NCBI GenBank assembly: GCA_963801165.1
Contig: CAWDDT010000004.1
Span: 320,001-384,000, forward strand
From: an uncultured bacterium
GTDB taxonomy: Bacteria > Actinomycetota > Acidimicrobiia > Spongiisociales > UBA5794
Reading direction: 5' to 3'
Length of the DNA: 64,000 nucleotides
The notes under the pieces were generated by a model. The model worked only from the letters and a program-made list of their open reading frames with translations. It had not been told where the DNA came from and did no database searches. Position 1 is the first letter of the stretch. Each line of letters opens with the position of its first letter. A program made the translations under genes and the position numbers. This document shows positions 47,781-58,200 of this stretch, one piece after another.

Positions 47781-48935
47781 TCATGCTCTCCGGAACACGT
47801 GCACCCCGTCGGTGTCTACGAACATCAGCCAGGGCACCGCGTCGCCGGGTCTGACGCCCAGGTGTGCCGGGCTCCCCGGATCTGCCGGTGAGAAGGGATC
47901 ACGGCTGGGCTCGATTGCGGTGACCGCCCCATCGGCGCTCATCGCCACAAACCCGGCGAGTTGACCGCCATCGCCTGAATCGGTACCACCGTAGAGAAAC
48001 AGGTACAGCGAGCCGTCGGCACCCGTCTCCGCCTCTACGCCGGCGAATGCGGGAACCGTCTCATCCGCCGCGTAAACTAGATGGAGGACGACCTGCCCGA
48101 TCGTGGTGTCCGGAAGATCGATCGCAAGAGTGTCGCCCTGCGCCTGAACCCGATACCTGGTTCCCGCTCGATTGCCGAGCCATTCGACTTGCTCTGCCGC
48201 TCCCGTGGCCGGGTCGACCCGGAACAGCGCCCCGTGGTCGTTCGAGCCGTACAGCGACTGGCCGTCATCGGTGACCGCAACGAACAGAGTGTCCACTTGC
48301 ACCGAGGTGACCTCGCCATCAGACAGCAGGAGGAGGCTGCTGCTGCCGAGCCCGAGCCGCGAAGCCACGATCGTCCCGTCGTCGAGGGCGTGTGGCAGCT
48401 GGTACTGGAAGTACACCCCGTCTGCCAAGAGATCCGGTGGCACCGCGACGGCGTCCAGGTAGGTTCCGCTGTCCGAAAAGTGGGCGAGACGCTGCTTGGC
48501 CGCGTCGAGGAACCACCAGGTGCCATCTGCCGCCTGGGTCCCGTAGTCGGGGCCGAGCTGGAGTGACCCGCTGTCGCCTCCGGGAGCGGTACCAAGGAGG
48601 TCGTCGTCCGACCCGTACCCGATCACGAAGAGCTCCGTCCAGTCGTCCCCGAGTTGCGAGACGCTTCCCAGCGGCACGGTCACGTCTCCAACCGGGGCGG
48701 GCAAAGTCGTTGTCGTCCGGGGGGCGGTTGTGGTGGTAGTTGTTGTCGGAGCTGTCGTCGTAGTTGTGGTGGTCGTCGTTGTGGCCGAAGTGGTCGACGT
48801 CGGTGGGGTCGTCGTTGTCGTTGGCGATGGCGATGTGGATGGCGCTGAACCGGATCCGCCGCAAGCGCCGCCGACGAACGACAGAAGGACGATCGCCGAC
48901 AGAACCCGGCGGCGTCGGTGCGTTCGAGTCCTCAC
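47781..48935 (-). CDS. Hypothetical lipoprotein with Thr-rich linker and beta-propeller-like domain
   Basis: Lipobox VGGAC, poly-Thr linker, DGTWWFLD-type repeats; GGAGG RBS. Confidence 0.7.
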   Translation of the reverse strand: MRTRTHRRRRVLSAIVLLSFVGGACGGSGSAPSTSPSPTTTTTPPTSTTSATTTTTTTTTTAPTTTTTTTAPRTTTTLPAPVGDVTVPLGSVSQLGDDWTELFVIGYGSDDDLLGTAPGGDSGSLQLGPDYGTQAADGTWWFLDAAKQRLAHFSDSGTYLDAVAVPPDLLADGVYFQYQLPHALDDGTIVASRLGLGSSSLLLLSDGEVTSVQVDTLFVAVTDDGQSLYGSNDHGALFRVDPATGAAEQVEWLGNRAGTRYRVQAQGDTLAIDLPDTTIGQVVLHLVYAADETVPAFAGVEAETGADGSLYLFLYGGTDSGDGGQLAGFVAMSADGAVTAIEPSRDPFSPADPGSPAHLGVRPGDAVPWLMFVDTDGVHVFRRA

Positions 48936-49052
48936 GTGATGGCCCTCCAGTTGACGCCGATCGCTGTCGCGCGACACTACCCAGTGTTGCGGCTCATTGG
49001 ATGTGCTTTCTCGGCCACAAGCGTGGGGAGGCGCAGCGGCGCCCTGCGCCCT

Positions 49053-49092
49053 TACAATCCGGGTATGAGGCGGGTATGAGGCGGGTATGAGG
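49053..49092 (+). repeat. -10 box TACAAT followed by 3 x CGGGTATGAGG spanning the panG start
   Basis: Repeat units at 49060, 49071 and 49082; ATGs at 49065, 49076 and 49087. Confidence 0.92.
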
Positions 49093-49914
49093 ATTGTCCT
49101 GGTGGGCCCCGGACGGGCCGGTATGTCGGTAGCCATTGCTGCGGCTTCTGCCGGGCATGACGTGGTCGCCGTGGTCGGCCGCACGCTCGAATCGGCGACC
49201 CGCGGCGCCGTCCTGGTGTCTGCCGATCCGATGGACATTGGCACAACTTTGCCACACGCCGATCTGCTCATCATCGCCACCCGGGACGGTGCCATTGCAT
49301 CCGTTGCGGGGGAGCTGGCAGAACATGCCCCGCCCATCGAGGCTGCCGTCCATCTCTCCGGAATGACCAGCGTCGCCGCGCTGGCCCCGCTGGCCGATCT
49401 GGGGTTGGATACGGGCTCGTTCCATCCGCTGCAGACCCTGCCGACGCCCGAAGCCGGGGCAGCCCGGCTGGCGGGTGCCTTCATAGCGGTCACCGCGCCA
49501 CCGTCACTACGGCAGGGTCTCGAAGTGTTGGCGAGGAGCCTGGGGGCGAACCCATTCACGCTTGCTGATGAAGACAAGGCCCTCTATCACGCCGCGGCGT
49601 CGGCTGCCGCCAACTTCCCGTTGGCGGCGCTTGCGATGGCGTCGGACCTTTTCGAGTCGGCCGGGGTCCCCTGGGATGCCGCCCGTCCGCTTGTGGAGGC
49701 CGTTGTCGCCAACGCCTTCGAGCTCGGCCCCCGCTCGGCGTTGACGGGTCCGGTGGCGCGTGGTGACGTTGGTACCGTCGCCGCCCAGCTCCGTGCGGTG
49801 GCCGCGGCCAATCCGGAATGGAAGGGCACGTTCAGTCGGTTCGTCGCGTCGCTGGCGTCGCTGACCGGACGGTTGGAGGAGTTCGAATCCGTGCTCAACA
49901 ACGAGGAGTCATGA
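49087..49914 (+). CDS. Rossmann-like/DUF2520 protein (PanG-type ketopantoate reductase candidate)
   Basis: VGPGRAG, HLSG, FHPLQT, YHAA..N and LTGPVARGD motifs; directly upstream of panC. Confidence 0.85.
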   Translation: MRIVLVGPGRAGMSVAIAAASAGHDVVAVVGRTLESATRGAVLVSADPMDIGTTLPHADLLIIATRDGAIASVAGELAEHAPPIEAAVHLSGMTSVAALAPLADLGLDTGSFHPLQTLPTPEAGAARLAGAFIAVTAPPSLRQGLEVLARSLGANPFTLADEDKALYHAAASAAANFPLAALAMASDLFESAGVPWDAARPLVEAVVANAFELGPRSALTGPVARGDVGTVAAQLRAVAAANPEWKGTFSRFVASLASLTGRLEEFESVLNNEES

Positions 49915-50807
49915 GAATAACCAGGACGTTTGCGGAAACCCGCGAGGTCTCATCCGGGGTGGTGGGGCTGGTGCCGACGATGGGTTTTCTCCACGAGGGG
50001 CACCTCTCGTTGATCGAGGCGGCTCGAAAGGAGAGCGACACCGTTGTGATGTCGCTGTTCGTCAACCCCTTGCAGTTCGACCGCGACGATGACCTGGCTC
50101 GCTACCCGCGGGACCTCGAGCGGGACGTGGAGTTGGCGGGCGTCGCCGGTGCAGATGTCGTGTTCGCTCCCGAGGTCGTTGAGATGTATCCCGACGAGCA
50201 GTTGACCCGGGTGACCGTCACCAGGCTGAGCGACGAGCTGGAGGGCCCCAACCGGCCCGGCCACTTCGAAGGGGTGGCCACCGTTGTGGCCAAGCTGTTC
50301 GCCGGCATCCGGCCGCAGGCCGCATATTTCGGACGCAAGGACGCCCAGCAGCTTGCCATCGTCCGGCGGATGGCTTCTGATCTCTCTATGCCGACCACGG
50401 TGGTCGGGGCGCCGATCGTGCGCGAGGCCGACGGTCTGGCGCTATCGAGTCGCAACATCTTTTTGTCACCGCAGGATCGTGCGGCCGCGCTGCAGCTGTC
50501 CCGCGGCCTGATGAGCGCCGCCGATCTCGTGGAAGCAGGGGAGCGAGATGCGAGCGCGATTGTTGATGCGGTGTATGCGGAGATCGAGAGCGGTCCCGAC
50601 ATGGAGTACGTGGCTCTGGCAGGTCAGGACCTGGTGCAGCCTCTCACCACCCTCGATCGACCCGCCTTTCTCGCTCTGGCCGCCTGGTCGGGAAAGACCA
50701 GGCTCATCGACAACGTGCACTTTGACGCCGGTGGTGGCGGCTTTGTCGCAGATCGGGGGACCAGGCTGGGGAACACGAGCGTGCTGTATGTGACGGGAGA
50801 AGGTTGA
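49911..50807 (+). CDS. panC: Pantoate--beta-alanine ligase
   Basis: PTMGFLHEGH, FVNPLQF, RPGHF.GV, FG.KD.QQ and RLIDN motifs. Confidence 0.96.
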   Translation: MRITRTFAETREVSSGVVGLVPTMGFLHEGHLSLIEAARKESDTVVMSLFVNPLQFDRDDDLARYPRDLERDVELAGVAGADVVFAPEVVEMYPDEQLTRVTVTRLSDELEGPNRPGHFEGVATVVAKLFAGIRPQAAYFGRKDAQQLAIVRRMASDLSMPTTVVGAPIVREADGLALSSRNIFLSPQDRAAALQLSRGLMSAADLVEAGERDASAIVDAVYAEIESGPDMEYVALAGQDLVQPLTTLDRPAFLALAAWSGKTRLIDNVHFDAGGGGFVADRGTRLGNTSVLYVTGEG

Positions 50808-51574
50808 TGCTGCTCACCATCGATATCGGGAACACCCAGACTGCCCTCGGTCTCATGAGGGGCGAGGAGGTCGTCGGCCATTGGCGTCTAACGACGAGAG
50901 CGGAACAGACCCGCGACGAGGTGCTCATCTCGCTGCGTGCTGTCCTTGAGCTGGACGGGTTCGGTTGGGACGACGTCACCGGTGTCGCGCTCTCCAGTGT
51001 GGTCCCGGCGCTCACCGGAGCGATCCGCAACGTCGGCCACATCATCACTGAGGGTCCGGTGGTGGTGGTCGGCCCCGGGGTGAAGACCGGGATGCCGATC
51101 CTCATCGACAACCCGCGGGAGGTGGGCGCCGACAGGATCGCCAATGCAGTTGCCGCCCGGGGGCGCTACGGGACACCCGTTGTCGTGGTCGACTTCGGTA
51201 CGTCGACGAACTTCGACGTCGTGAGTGCCGAGGGGGAGTATCTCGGTGGAGTGATCGCACCGGGTCTGCGTATCGCCACCAACGCGCTCATCTCGGGAAC
51301 GGCGGCGCTGCGTCGTGTCGAATACGTTCCGCCCCGGTCACCGATCGGCAAGGGAACGGTCGAGGCGATTCAGAGCGGCGCCCTCTACGGCCACGCCGGG
51401 CTCGTCGACGGGGTGATGCAGCGGCTGGTAGCCGAGCTCGGCGGCGAGGTGACCCGGGTTGCCACCGGCGGGTTGGCCTCTACCATCGTGCCCCATTGCT
51501 CGAGTGTCGCGACGATCGACGAGTTTCTGACGCTCGAGGGTCTGCGCCGAATCTACGAGCTGAACACCACATGA
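50807..51574 (+). CDS. coaX: Type III pantothenate kinase
   Basis: IDIGNT, VGADR, DFGTS and ATGG motifs. Confidence 0.95.
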   Translation: MLLTIDIGNTQTALGLMRGEEVVGHWRLTTRAEQTRDEVLISLRAVLELDGFGWDDVTGVALSSVVPALTGAIRNVGHIITEGPVVVVGPGVKTGMPILIDNPREVGADRIANAVAARGRYGTPVVVVDFGTSTNFDVVSAEGEYLGGVIAPGLRIATNALISGTAALRRVEYVPPRSPIGKGTVEAIQSGALYGHAGLVDGVMQRLVAELGGEVTRVATGGLASTIVPHCSSVATIDEFLTLEGLRRIYELNTT

Positions 51575-53082
51575 GCGACGAAACCGAGATCCAGGAGCCA
51601 TCTCCCGAAGCGGGTCTGGCCGACCATCCACTGACCGCACAACGCCTGGCCAAGCACGAGGCCACCATGGCCGGGGCGGGCTATCCGTACCGGTTCGAGC
51701 GTACGCACACCGCCGGTGAGCTTCACGAGCGGTATGGCTCGATGGAGCCCGGCGTTGAGACCGGGGATCGTGTTGCTGTTGCCGGGCGGCTCATGGCGAT
51801 GCGGCGGATGGGCAAGCTGATATTCGGAGTGCTCCAGGACAAGACCGGCCGGATCCAACTGTTTGTAGATACCCGGACGCTCGGTGAGGAGGGCTTTGCA
51901 TGGTTCGACGACCTCGATCTGGGGGATTGGGTCGGTGCGTCGGGTGTCGTTATCACAACCAGGAAGGGCGAGATCAGCGTCCGTATCGACGGGTTCCAGC
52001 TTCTGTCCCGGGCGCTGCGGCCGCTGCCGGACAAGTGGCACGGTCTCCAGGACGTCGAGATGCGCAGCCGCCGCCGCTACATCGACCTCATGGTCAACGA
52101 GGACTCGCGTCGCGTCGCGGTAACGCGGGCGATGATCGTCAGCGAGCTGCGCCGCCAGTTCGAGTCTCGTGGCTACATCGAGGTGGAGACGCCCGTCTTG
52201 CTCAGCCAGGCGACCGGGGCGCTGGCGCGGCCGTTCGAGACGCATCACCATGCTCTCGACCAGGCCATGTATCTGCGCATCGCCACCGAGCTGTTCCTGA
52301 AGCGGCTGGTGGTCGGCGGGTTGGAGAGGGTGTTCGAAATCGGCCGCATCTTCCGCAACGAGGGCGTCGACGCCACCCACAATCCCGAGTTCACCATGCT
52401 CGAGTCGTACGAGGCGTTCGCCGACTATCACGACATCATGGACATGGTCGAGGAGATGGTCCGGGCGTGCGCCGTTGTCGCCACCGGCTCCAGCGAGATC
52501 ACCTATCAGGGGCGTTCCATCGACCTGGGTAAGCCGTTCCGGCGCGCCCGCATGGTCGACCTGGTGGCCGAGGCGACCGGTGAGGAGATCAGCTTCGATC
52601 GGCCCCTCGTGGAGATCCAGGCGATCGCAGCCAAGCACGGGGTAGAGCCCGACGGCACCTGGGGGCACGGCAAGATCATCGATGCCCTGTTCGAGGAACT
52701 CGTGGCCGACGACTTATGGGAGCCGACCTATGTTCTCGACCATCCCAAGGAGGTGTCGCCGTTGGCACGGGAGAACCGTAATGATCCGAATCTCACCGAG
52801 CGGTTCGAGTTGTTCATCGCCGGCGCCGAATACGCCAATGCCTTCTCCGAGTTGAATGATCCGCTCGATCAGCGCCGCCGTTTCGAGCAGCAGGCGCTGG
52901 CCCGGGCGGAGGGCGACGACGAGGCTCACCCCATCGACGAGGACTACATCCTCGCCCTGGAGTACGGGCTGCCACCGACCGGTGGCCTCGGGATCGGTGT
53001 CGACCGCCTGGTCATGCTCCTCACCGACCAGCACCACATCCGCGAAGTCATCCTCTTCCCGACGCTCCGCCGCGAGGGTTAG
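51571..53082 (+). CDS. lysS: Lysine--tRNA ligase (class II)
   Basis: YLRIATEL, FRNEG..HNPEFT, NAFSELNDP and GLGIGVDR motifs. Confidence 0.98.
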   Translation: MSDETEIQEPSPEAGLADHPLTAQRLAKHEATMAGAGYPYRFERTHTAGELHERYGSMEPGVETGDRVAVAGRLMAMRRMGKLIFGVLQDKTGRIQLFVDTRTLGEEGFAWFDDLDLGDWVGASGVVITTRKGEISVRIDGFQLLSRALRPLPDKWHGLQDVEMRSRRRYIDLMVNEDSRRVAVTRAMIVSELRRQFESRGYIEVETPVLLSQATGALARPFETHHHALDQAMYLRIATELFLKRLVVGGLERVFEIGRIFRNEGVDATHNPEFTMLESYEAFADYHDIMDMVEEMVRACAVVATGSSEITYQGRSIDLGKPFRRARMVDLVAEATGEEISFDRPLVEIQAIAAKHGVEPDGTWGHGKIIDALFEELVADDLWEPTYVLDHPKEVSPLARENRNDPNLTERFELFIAGAEYANAFSELNDPLDQRRRFEQQALARAEGDDEAHPIDEDYILALEYGLPPTGGLGIGVDRLVMLLTDQHHIREVILFPTLRREG

Positions 53083-53294
53083 GGCTTCCGGGCGGCGCCG
53101 TGCGCCCAGGACACTAGAGAGGTCTGTTCTCTGGTCGTCACATGGCCATGAGTTGACCGCTGTGCCTCGGATGTCTGGTTCCCGGAGGGTCCCCCGGGCA
53201 GCTGCACGTGCTTCCGGAACCCAATTCCCGCGCCGACGCGTCGGGCATTGCCGTTTCCTGGCGGGTAGCCTTGCTACAACGTGGAAAGGGTGCG

Positions 53295-55226
53295 ATGACC
53301 GTCACAGCGCCATACGGATCGTGGGAGTCCCCGATCACGATTGCGATGCTAAGCGGGGCGGGGGTGCCGCTGCGTGAGGTGACCGTTGACGGGCCGGATC
53401 TGTATTGGATCGAGTCCCGGGCGGTCGAGGGCGGTCGGCAAGCGATCGTGCGCCGCGACGGTCGTGGTGTCGTTGCTGATGTCGTCCCCCCGACGTTCAA
53501 CGCCAGAACCCGCGTCCACGAGTACGGCGGCGGTGCCTATGCCGTATCCGACGGCGTTCTCATCGCCAGCAACTTCGCCGACCAGCGTGTCTACCGCATT
53601 GCCGACGGAGAGGCTGCGCCGATCACACCCGAGCCGAAGATCGCCGCCGGCGACCGCTACGCCGACTTCGTGTTTGCCGGTGACCGGGTGATATGTGTCC
53701 GCGAGCGACACCACGCCAATCGGGAAGCGACCAACACCCTCGTCACGTTTCCGATCGACGGGTCCGACAGGCCACGAGTGATCGCCAAGGGTCACGATTT
53801 CTATTCCTCGCCGCGGATCAGCCCCGACGGCACCGCTCTAGCGTGGCTCTCGTGGGACCATCCCAACATGCCATGGGACGGCACGGAGCTGTGGTGTGCC
53901 GCACTCGGCGGTGACGGCACGATTTCGGAGCCGGAGCTGGTCGCCGGTGGCCCCGATGATTCGATCTTCCAGCCGGAGTGGTCTCCGTCGGGGATCCTGC
54001 ACTTCGTCTCCGACCGCACGGGCTGGTGGAACCTGTTCCGCTACCACGACGGCCGTTCGGAGGCGCTCCACCTCATGGAAGCGGAGTTCGGGGTACCACA
54101 GTGGGGCTTTGCCATGCGGCGGTACGGCTTCGTTCTCGACGGCGGCATTGTTGCGATCTACACCGAGGATGGGCTCGACCGGGTTGGGCTCTTCGATGGG
54201 GATACCCTGAGCCCGCTGCTCACGCCCTTTGACACGTTCGGATCGTCGCTGGCGACGTGTGGCGACGATCTGTACGTCACCGCGGGTGGCGCATCCGAGC
54301 CTATGGCGATCGTGCGGATCGATGTCGCCACCGCGGCGGTCAAAGTGATTAAGAAGAGCCTCGAGGTCAACCTCGATCCAGCCATCATCAGCCACCCGGA
54401 GCCGATCGAATTCGAGACCGGCGGCGATCAGATCGCCCATGCCTTCTACTACCCGCCTCGCCACCCCAACTATGCGGCCGGGGACGGAGAGAAGCCGCCG
54501 CTGTTGGTGATCAGCCACGGCGGTCCCACTGCTGTCGCCCATTCTCATCTCGACCTCGGTATCCAGTTCTGGACATCGCGCGGGTTCGCGGTGGTCGACG
54601 TGAACTACCGCGGCTCGTCCGGCTATGGACGGGCGTATCGCAATGCGTTGCGTGGGCAGTGGGGGGTCGTCGATCTCGAGGACTGCGTGAATGCCGCGCT
54701 ATGCCTGGCCGGCCAGGGTCATGTAGATGTCGAGCGGTTGGCGATTCGGGGCGGCAGTGCCGGCGGTTACACCACGCTATGTGCGCTGGCGTTCTCCGAC
54801 GTGTTCGCCGCGGGCGCGTCCTACTTCGGAATCGGGGATCTCGCTGCCCTTGTCGCCGATACCCACAAGTTCGAGTCCCGGTACGAGAGCAGCCTGATCG
54901 GCCCGTACCCGGAGGATGCCGATCTCTACCAGGCGCGTTCGCCGCAATACCACGTCGACGGATTCTCATGTCCGGTGATCCTGCTCCAGGGGCTGGACGA
55001 CGAGGTCGTCCCGCCTGCTCAGGCAGAGGAGATCGTCGCCGCCCTCGACGCCAAGGGTATCCCGCACGCCTATCTAGCCTTCCCGGGCGAGGGGCACGGC
55101 TTCCGGAGGGCGGAGAACATCGAGCGGGCCCGGGCCGCTGAGCTGTATTTCTACTCGCGCGTATTCGACATCGATCCCGCCGACGATCTCGAGCCGGTCG
55201 AGATCGCTCACGAGGACGCTCTGTAG
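53295..55226 (+). CDS. S9 family peptidase (prolyl oligopeptidase / acylaminoacyl peptidase-like)
   Basis: APYGSW.SP, HGGPT, GGSAGG, QG.DD.VV and EGHGFR motifs. Confidence 0.94.
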   Translation: MTVTAPYGSWESPITIAMLSGAGVPLREVTVDGPDLYWIESRAVEGGRQAIVRRDGRGVVADVVPPTFNARTRVHEYGGGAYAVSDGVLIASNFADQRVYRIADGEAAPITPEPKIAAGDRYADFVFAGDRVICVRERHHANREATNTLVTFPIDGSDRPRVIAKGHDFYSSPRISPDGTALAWLSWDHPNMPWDGTELWCAALGGDGTISEPELVAGGPDDSIFQPEWSPSGILHFVSDRTGWWNLFRYHDGRSEALHLMEAEFGVPQWGFAMRRYGFVLDGGIVAIYTEDGLDRVGLFDGDTLSPLLTPFDTFGSSLATCGDDLYVTAGGASEPMAIVRIDVATAAVKVIKKSLEVNLDPAIISHPEPIEFETGGDQIAHAFYYPPRHPNYAAGDGEKPPLLVISHGGPTAVAHSHLDLGIQFWTSRGFAVVDVNYRGSSGYGRAYRNALRGQWGVVDLEDCVNAALCLAGQGHVDVERLAIRGGSAGGYTTLCALAFSDVFAAGASYFGIGDLAALVADTHKFESRYESSLIGPYPEDADLYQARSPQYHVDGFSCPVILLQGLDDEVVPPAQAEEIVAALDAKGIPHAYLAFPGEGHGFRRAENIERARAAELYFYSRVFDIDPADDLEPVEIAHEDAL

Positions 55227-55262
55227 GTGCCGCGTCGCCGGTTCCGGTGGTACGTTGGCCGG

Positions 55263-58200
55263 ATGTACTTGCGCCGTATCTACCTGCTCCTGGCGGTCTT
55301 TGCCGTTCTGGCTGGTGCTTGCACGTCGGCGACGCATGAGACGACTTCCACCACGGCCGCGACATCTACCGCGGCCCCGACCACGACAACCGAGCCCCCC
55401 ACGGACAAGTTGAAGCTGGTCCTGATGTGGCACAATCACCAGCCGCTCTACCCGAAGGACGCCAACGGCGTCGTGACCCGCCCGTGGACCAGGGTGCACG
55501 CCACCAAGGACTACTACGACATGGCTGCGCTTGTGGCGCAGTACCCGGATCTGCACGTCACCTTCAACATGACCCCCGTGCTGATGTTGCAGCTTGAGGA
55601 ATTGGCCAACGGGACGAAGGACATCTACTGGACGACGACCGAGGTTCCTGCCGATCAGCTCACCGACGAGCAGAAGACCTTCATCCTCGACCGCTTCTTC
55701 GACACCAACTCCGAGATCATCGCCCGGTTCCCCAGGTACCAGGAGCTGAGCGATCGTCGCGATCGCCCGAGTAGCTTCTCGACGGCCGATCTGCGTGATC
55801 TCCAGGTGCTGTTCAACCTCGCCTGGACCGACCCGTCGTTCCTCGCCGAAGAGCCGCTCGCTTCACTCGTCGCCAGGGGGCGCGACTTCACGGAGGACGA
55901 CAAGGCGGTCGTGCTGGGGGAGCACGAGCGGATCATCAAGGGCGTCCTCCCGCTCTACTCGCAGTTGTGGGACAGCGGGCAGATCGAAGTCACCACATCA
56001 CCGCTGGCGCACCCGATTCTGCCGCTCATCGCTGATACTTCGCTTGCCACCGTCGGCGATCCGACCGCCATACTGCCGCAGAACCGGTTTCGGCAGCTAC
56101 CCGATGCCATAGCCCAGGTCGAGCAGGGTCTCGATGTGGCGGAACGGCTGCTGGGGAAACGACCGGTGGGGATGTGGCCGGGAGAGGGTGCCGTCGCCCA
56201 GCTGGTCATGAAGATCATCGAGGACGGCGGGGTGCAGTGGGTCGCCACCGGCGAGGACGTGCTGGCCAAGACCCTCGACATCGGTAGCTTCACCCGGGGT
56301 GAGAACGATCTCGTCCAAGAGGCGCCGACCCTCTATTCGATGTACAAGGCGCAGACGTCGGGAAACGGTGTCGCCATGTTCTTCCGCGACGTAGTCCTTG
56401 CGGATCGGATCGGTTTCGAATACTCGGGAACCGACGCCGATGTCGCCGCCGACGACTTCATGAGCCGGCTCTCCGACATCAACGACGCCCTCGACGGGGT
56501 CGAGGGACCCAAGGTGGTCACCGTTGTCGTTGACGGCGAGAACGCCTGGGAGAACTACCAGAACGACGGCATCGACTTCCTCAACGCCCTCTACAGCAGG
56601 CTCACTACCTCCGATTTCGTCGAGACGGTCACCCCGAGCGAGTTGCTCGCCGACTATCCAAATGACGTCACCCCGCTCCCCGACATCTTCCCGGCTTCGT
56701 GGTTCCAGCCGAACTTCGCAACCTGGATAGGTGAGGAGGAAGAGGCGGTCGCCTGGGACTACCTGTACAAGGTCCGCAACGACTTCGGGGTTGCCCAGCG
56801 CAGCGGCGAGTACGCCGACGACGTGATCGATCGGGCGTACCGGACGATGCTGTTTGCCGAGGGCTCGGACTGGTTCTGGTGGTACGGAGCGGACCAGGAC
56901 TCGGGCGACGACGGCTACTTCGACCGCGCCTACCGGCAGCTGCTGGGCCAGGTGTACGACATCCTGGGGATGGAGCGACCCGACTTCGTGTCGATCCCGA
57001 TCATCCCCGAGACGGCGGTCGATCCGGACAACGGAATCACCGGTCTGGTGACGATCCCGATCGACAACGAGGTGGACACGCCCGAGTGGGACCAGGGCGG
57101 CCACTACGACCTCGGCGGAGATCTCGTCGGCGCTGTCGACTACGCCTTCGATACCGGGAACTTGTACCTGCGGGTCGATTTTTCCCGGGAGGTGCTGGGC
57201 GACCACAACGCATCGTTTGACCTGTACCTCGACTTCCCGAATTCGAACCAGCAGTGGGGGCTGACCATGGGCGGCACGGTGCTCGGCTTCAATGCCACGA
57301 ACCTGCTGACCTGGAGCGGTCTCGATCCGGTGAACCTGACCGGGCCGGCCGTCTACAACAACCGTCACGAGGAAACGGATCTCGTGACCCCGGCCGGTTT
57401 CGATGGCCGGCGGATCGAGTTCGCCATGCCGCTCGAGTCATTGCCACCCATGGAGCCGGGGGACCGGATCACGTTCCGTGTCGTCGAAACGAGTGGCGGT
57501 CCCGACGGCTCGCTGCTGCCGGAGGCAGGTCCCGGCTACATACAGGTGCCCGATATCGCAAACGTCGACGTGCGCTTCGAGTCGACCGACCCGGTGGGTG
57601 ACGACCACGGGCCGGGCGACTACACGTATCCCACCGATGCCGTGTTCACTCCCGGCTCGTACGATCTCACCGACTTCACCGTCGGCGTGTCCGGCGAGGA
57701 CGCCGTGTTCACCTTCGACGTCAACGCCCCGATCGCCAACCCGTGGGGCAGCCCGGCGGGCTACTCGGTGCAGACGTTCGACCTCTACATCGACACCGAC
57801 CCGGGGGCGGGTACCGGCGCCCGGCTGCTGCTACCAGGCCGCAACGCCGCCCTAGAGGACAGCAACGGCTGGGAGTACGGGGTCACTCTCGAAGGATGGA
57901 ACCCGGCCATCTACGTGGCCTCCGCCGATGGGACCATCGAGGAGACCAACCCGACGTTCCGGGTGATCGCCGATGCCGAAGGCCGGCTCTCCGCCCGGAT
58001 CCCTTTGGAGCTGCTCGGTGGCGGCGACCCGTCGACCTGGGGCTATGCCGTGGCTCTGATGTCGCAGGAGGGCTACCCGTCCGCCGGCGTGCGCCGGGTG
58101 CGCGACATACGCGCAACGGCCGAGCAGTGGCAGGGTGGCGGCGCCCCTGACGACGCCAACCACACCCGGATCTTCGACCTGTTGTACCCCGACGAGGGCG

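Noticed and set aside
48705-48830. Low-complexity GTG/GTC/GTT run
   Set aside because: It encodes the poly-Thr linker of the minus-strand lipoprotein.
53083-53294. Possible structured RNA between lysS and the S9 peptidase
   Set aside because: Only short GC-rich hairpins expected by chance; no recognisable family motif.
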